A stretch of DNA of 64,000 bases. It comes from a virus. Lineage: Duplodnaviria; Caudoviricetes. Made by a program: the position numbers and the translations under genes. Within the stretch, counting starts at the first letter, position 1. Every line of letters starts with the position of its first letter. The notes under the pieces were generated by a model. That model saw nothing but the letters and a program-made list of their open reading frames with translations, was not told where the DNA came from and did no database searches. The stretch is from IMG/VR virus record IMGVR_UViG_3300028833_000087, positions 57,434-121,433 of that record. The stretch is one strand, 5' to 3'. This document shows positions 60,663 to 64,000 of this stretch, one piece after another.

Positions 60663-60736
60663 TGTATCAAACCTCCTTTATTAATAAGAAGTTTTGAAAA
60701 TTAAAACCTCTAGGAATTTAATCCTAGAGGATATAA

Positions 60737-61246
60737 TTATTTATCATTCGTATTCAATGTATTATAAGAATCATAACTGATAATACTACCTTCCATATAC
60801 ATTTCTGTACTTTCTCTAGGATACTTTTCTTTTAATTCTTTTATTCTTTCCGTTATAGCATCTTTGCAAGTAATTTTAAAGAATTTTATAGTCGGATCAA
60901 AATCTTTAATATCTACTCCAGTATTATCTAATTTTTTACATACAGTATTATCTTGATATTTATTACCTCTTTTATATTCAGAATATATTTTTTTAAGATT
61001 AGAATAAAATGTAGTAGCAGTATTTAAATCTTGTCTTACATATTTTAAATCTGATAAGTATTTTCTTGTTTGAATATATTTTAAATACCCGGGATATTCA
61101 TGTTTCTTCAATGTTTCATCGTAGTTTTGATGAGGATGAATTTCCGCTCCCATAAAAACCTTTCTCCAATGAGATAAAAATTTATTATCATCAAAAAAGT
61201 CATGAACTTTTCCTTCATTAATATTATCATAATCGGAATATTTCAT
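60737..61246 (-). CDS. Hypothetical protein
   Basis: GGAGG SD before ATG 61246. Confidence 0.7.
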   Translation of the reverse strand: MKYSDYDNINEGKVHDFFDDNKFLSHWRKVFMGAEIHPHQNYDETLKKHEYPGYLKYIQTRKYLSDLKYVRQDLNTATTFYSNLKKIYSEYKRGNKYQDNTVCKKLDNTGVDIKDFDPTIKFFKITCKDAITERIKELKEKYPRESTEMYMEGSIISYDSYNTLNTNDK

Positions 61247-61247
61247 A

Positions 61248-63494
61248 TCATTTACCTCCACTCAAGGCTTTATCCAAAGCTTCTTCTATTTTATTTTCAA
61301 GTTCATCAGTGATAGCATCAGGATATTTATCATTTATTAATTTATAATAAGCAGCTTTTTGTTTTTCATAATTGCTAGTATTCTTTCTAACCTTTAATGT
61401 TTCATTGATTATTTCTTTTATCTGATCAATTTGATTCTGAATCATTTCTTTCTTTTTAGGATCGCAATCAACTTTTTTAAGTTCTCTTTCTAATAACTTT
61501 ATTTCTTCATATGCTCTTTGAATATTATGAGGATGAACGTCATAATTATGAGTATCTAATGTAGCCAATTTAAAAGCTTCATTAAATCTAGCGAATATAG
61601 ATGATCTTTCCATAAATATTTCAGCATAAGATTTTCTATCTGTAAGTTTCATTAATGCTGATGCTTGTTCAGGACCATATCCATAAATGCCAGCAAATTT
61701 ATCAGCTATTACTTCATTCTGTCTACCAGTAGATTTCTTCACTAATTCTTTATATCCCATCGTATCCAAAGAATCTTTATATTTTTTATAAAGTTTTCCA
61801 GAATATATTACTCTAGTAATTACTCCACTTATAAAATTCATAATATCTTGTCTAGTACCATTCCAACCATTTATAAGACCTCTAAAGATATTATAAAATT
61901 TACTTTTTCCTTTAGCCATTCTATAAGAATTTACTTGAGATAAATATCTCTGTAACGGTCCGGTGCCTAATTCTCCATCTATAATAGATAATATTAGCAT
62001 ATATATTGAATAGTAAATTAAAAATAAACCTTCACAATACATAGCATATGTATTAGCATATTTAATATCATCATATATAGCATCAGCAAAATTATGACCT
62101 ATTTCATGTAATAATATAGCAACTATTTCAGCATTAGTAAAAGTCTCATCTCTTAATACTCCAAGATATATAGAAACATCAATACATAATCCGTTTCCTT
62201 TTTTCCATCTAAATCCATTTACATTATCGCCTTCAACATATTTGGATATATTTCTTGCAAATGCAATATCAAATCGTCCCTGAACAACTTCTGTAAACGC
62301 ATTTGTTGAATCTTCTTGTATAATAGAAAGACAAAAACAATCCATTCCAAATTGCTTTTCTACTAATCTGTTTAACTTAAGAACTTCAGGAGATTTATTT
62401 ATATCAGTAAACTTCTTTAAAGCTTTCTCCCTTACAATTCCAATTTGTTCTTCTATTTCTAATAAAGTTTTTGTTTTACCAATATAAGCTTCAGAAAGAT
62501 ATTCGAATTCATTGTATTCAGAATCAAGAAAATCTCTAGCTTCTTGAATATAAGCCGATTCATCTTTTGGTGAAGATGATACTGTGAAGAAATTATCAGA
62601 TTGCTTATATGTATTATATTCAACTATTAATTTCTTTGAAATTACAACTGCAGCATCTTTTATTTGTTTAAGAATACTAGCTGTTATTCTTTCCAAATTC
62701 TTATAAGTAAATTTATCATCTTCTTTACATTTCTCTTTGTTAGCTTCTAATTTCTTAGAATAAACTTCAAATTCTTTAGTAAAAGAATCAAGTTCTTTAT
62801 TTATAGTTTCATCAAATTTTATATCAGGATGCTTTATACCAAGATATTCCCAATATGTTTTTCCAGAATGCTTTTTGGCTTGCTCAATAATATCTTGTAC
62901 CTGATAATAGTCTAATTCTTTCTTTTTATAATAAGGCTCTTCTTTGTCTTCTATTTTATTTTTCATTTCACCAAAATATGGATTGGGAAAATCATTCTTT
63001 GAAAGATACACTCCTACATCACTATTTCCATTAGTTATATCCGTAGCAATATCATTCAAATCAATATCGGCTGCTAATTGTTTAAGTTTTTCTGAGCTAT
63101 AAGCATTAATAAGAGGAACAAATTTAGATTTATAATAATTTATAGATTTTTTAAGCATATCATATTTCTTTTTAAAATCTTTCTGAATTAATTCAGTATC
63201 ATAATATGGTATTACTCTTTTTCCTCTTTCTACGGTTCTAGGATCTACAGAAGCAGCTTTTCTTTCAAAAGATTCCTTTTTAAAAAATCTTCCAATAGCT
63301 TCAAATATTTCTTTAATCTTATCAAATATCCATTTAATAAGATTTTTAATAAGATTAATAATTTTACCAAGAATAGTATCATCAAATGATTCATTTATAG
63401 CAATATCTGCCATATTACATAATCTGTCTATTTCTCTACTGGTATCTTCTATAACAAGATCGTCACCAGCTCTATCATCATAATAATATATCAT
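61248..63494 (-). CDS. Putative virion protein with M48-like zinc metallopeptidase domain
   Basis: AILLHEIGH, EVIADKFA, HP....R. Confidence 0.7.
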   Translation of the reverse strand: MIYYYDDRAGDDLVIEDTSREIDRLCNMADIAINESFDDTILGKIINLIKNLIKWIFDKIKEIFEAIGRFFKKESFERKAASVDPRTVERGKRVIPYYDTELIQKDFKKKYDMLKKSINYYKSKFVPLINAYSSEKLKQLAADIDLNDIATDITNGNSDVGVYLSKNDFPNPYFGEMKNKIEDKEEPYYKKKELDYYQVQDIIEQAKKHSGKTYWEYLGIKHPDIKFDETINKELDSFTKEFEVYSKKLEANKEKCKEDDKFTYKNLERITASILKQIKDAAVVISKKLIVEYNTYKQSDNFFTVSSSPKDESAYIQEARDFLDSEYNEFEYLSEAYIGKTKTLLEIEEQIGIVREKALKKFTDINKSPEVLKLNRLVEKQFGMDCFCLSIIQEDSTNAFTEVVQGRFDIAFARNISKYVEGDNVNGFRWKKGNGLCIDVSIYLGVLRDETFTNAEIVAILLHEIGHNFADAIYDDIKYANTYAMYCEGLFLIYYSIYMLILSIIDGELGTGPLQRYLSQVNSYRMAKGKSKFYNIFRGLINGWNGTRQDIMNFISGVITRVIYSGKLYKKYKDSLDTMGYKELVKKSTGRQNEVIADKFAGIYGYGPEQASALMKLTDRKSYAEIFMERSSIFARFNEAFKLATLDTHNYDVHPHNIQRAYEEIKLLERELKKVDCDPKKKEMIQNQIDQIKEIINETLKVRKNTSNYEKQKAAYYKLINDKYPDAITDELENKIEEALDKALSGGK

Positions 63495-63506
63495 GATAAT
63501 CCTCCT

Positions 63507-64000
63507 TTAGGCATTTTTTAATTCATCTTCTGAACACCAACCCTGTCTGTTATTGTAAACAGAAGATGCAATACCATAATTATATTGATATTCTGCAGGA
63601 TCTAATACATCTACAACATACATTGTTACATTCTCTTTTTCTATGTAATTACCAGATCCATCAGGATTTTGATAAAGATTTCCATTTACTAAAACTTTAT
63701 CTCCAACAGCATATTTATACGGTTTCATTAAAATATCATCTAATGATACCCAACCACCATCACAACCATTTACCCCAACACCATTAATAGAATGAGTAAT
63801 TCTTATTCTATTATTTCTTACATTGCTATCAAATATATAAACTATACCTGATATAGAAGCATTATATTTTCTACTTCCAAATTGAGAATATACAGGAGCC
63901 TTCTCTATTTTTACAGGAAGACCTCCAATTAATTGCTCAGGGTATTGAGGATTCTGAGGTGTAGGTTCTTCTTTATCTATAATACCTGTATCAAACGATT
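63507..64000 (-). CDS. C-terminal part of a gene entering from the right edge, two SH3b-like modules
   Basis: Frame of the listed 73-aa ORF is open to 63998; GWVSLDDI and GWCSEDEL. Confidence 0.65.
   Translation of the reverse strand, partial: SFDTGIIDKEEPTPQNPQYPEQLIGGLPVKIEKAPVYSQFGSRKYNASISGIVYIFDSNVRNNRIRITHSINGVGVNGCDGGWVSLDDILMKPYKYAVGDKVLVNGNLYQNPDGSGNYIEKENVTMYVVDVLDPAEYQYNYGIASSVYNNRQGWCSEDELKNA

Overview
AT-rich segment of a jumbo myophage of the phiKZ/AR9-like type, probably infecting an anaerobic Firmicute (strong AGGAGG Shine-Dalgarno sites, class III RNR). Core genes include an RNA polymerase beta-like subunit, a split family B DNA polymerase with two ORF-less group I introns, NrdD (one group I intron) with NrdG, HU, a tubulin/PhuZ, a probable major capsid protein, baseplate/tail-assembly and virion proteins. 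Several expanded paralog families are also present. The standout is 34.5-39.1 kb: a stand-alone Cas7/Csm3-like RAMP gene (37822-38586) with three non-coding arrays (about 34580-35093, 35406-35745, 38664-39040). The arrays are built from NNNGY pentamers punctuated by an AWATGY hexamer, so nearly every unit length is 5n+1 (26-46 nt). A small HNH nuclease gene sits between arrays 1 and 2. No other cas genes and no canonical CRISPR array are in the window. This looks like a candidate phage RNA-guided system using a non-contiguous, register-based guide. Other highlights: a ~500-nt promoter-to-terminator ncRNA with four repeated pseudoknot modules, a tRNA-like RNA with an expanded anticodon arm, a predicted -1 frameshift in a tail chaperone-like gene, and two phage promoter classes. 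All calls are from reading the sequence; no searches were run.
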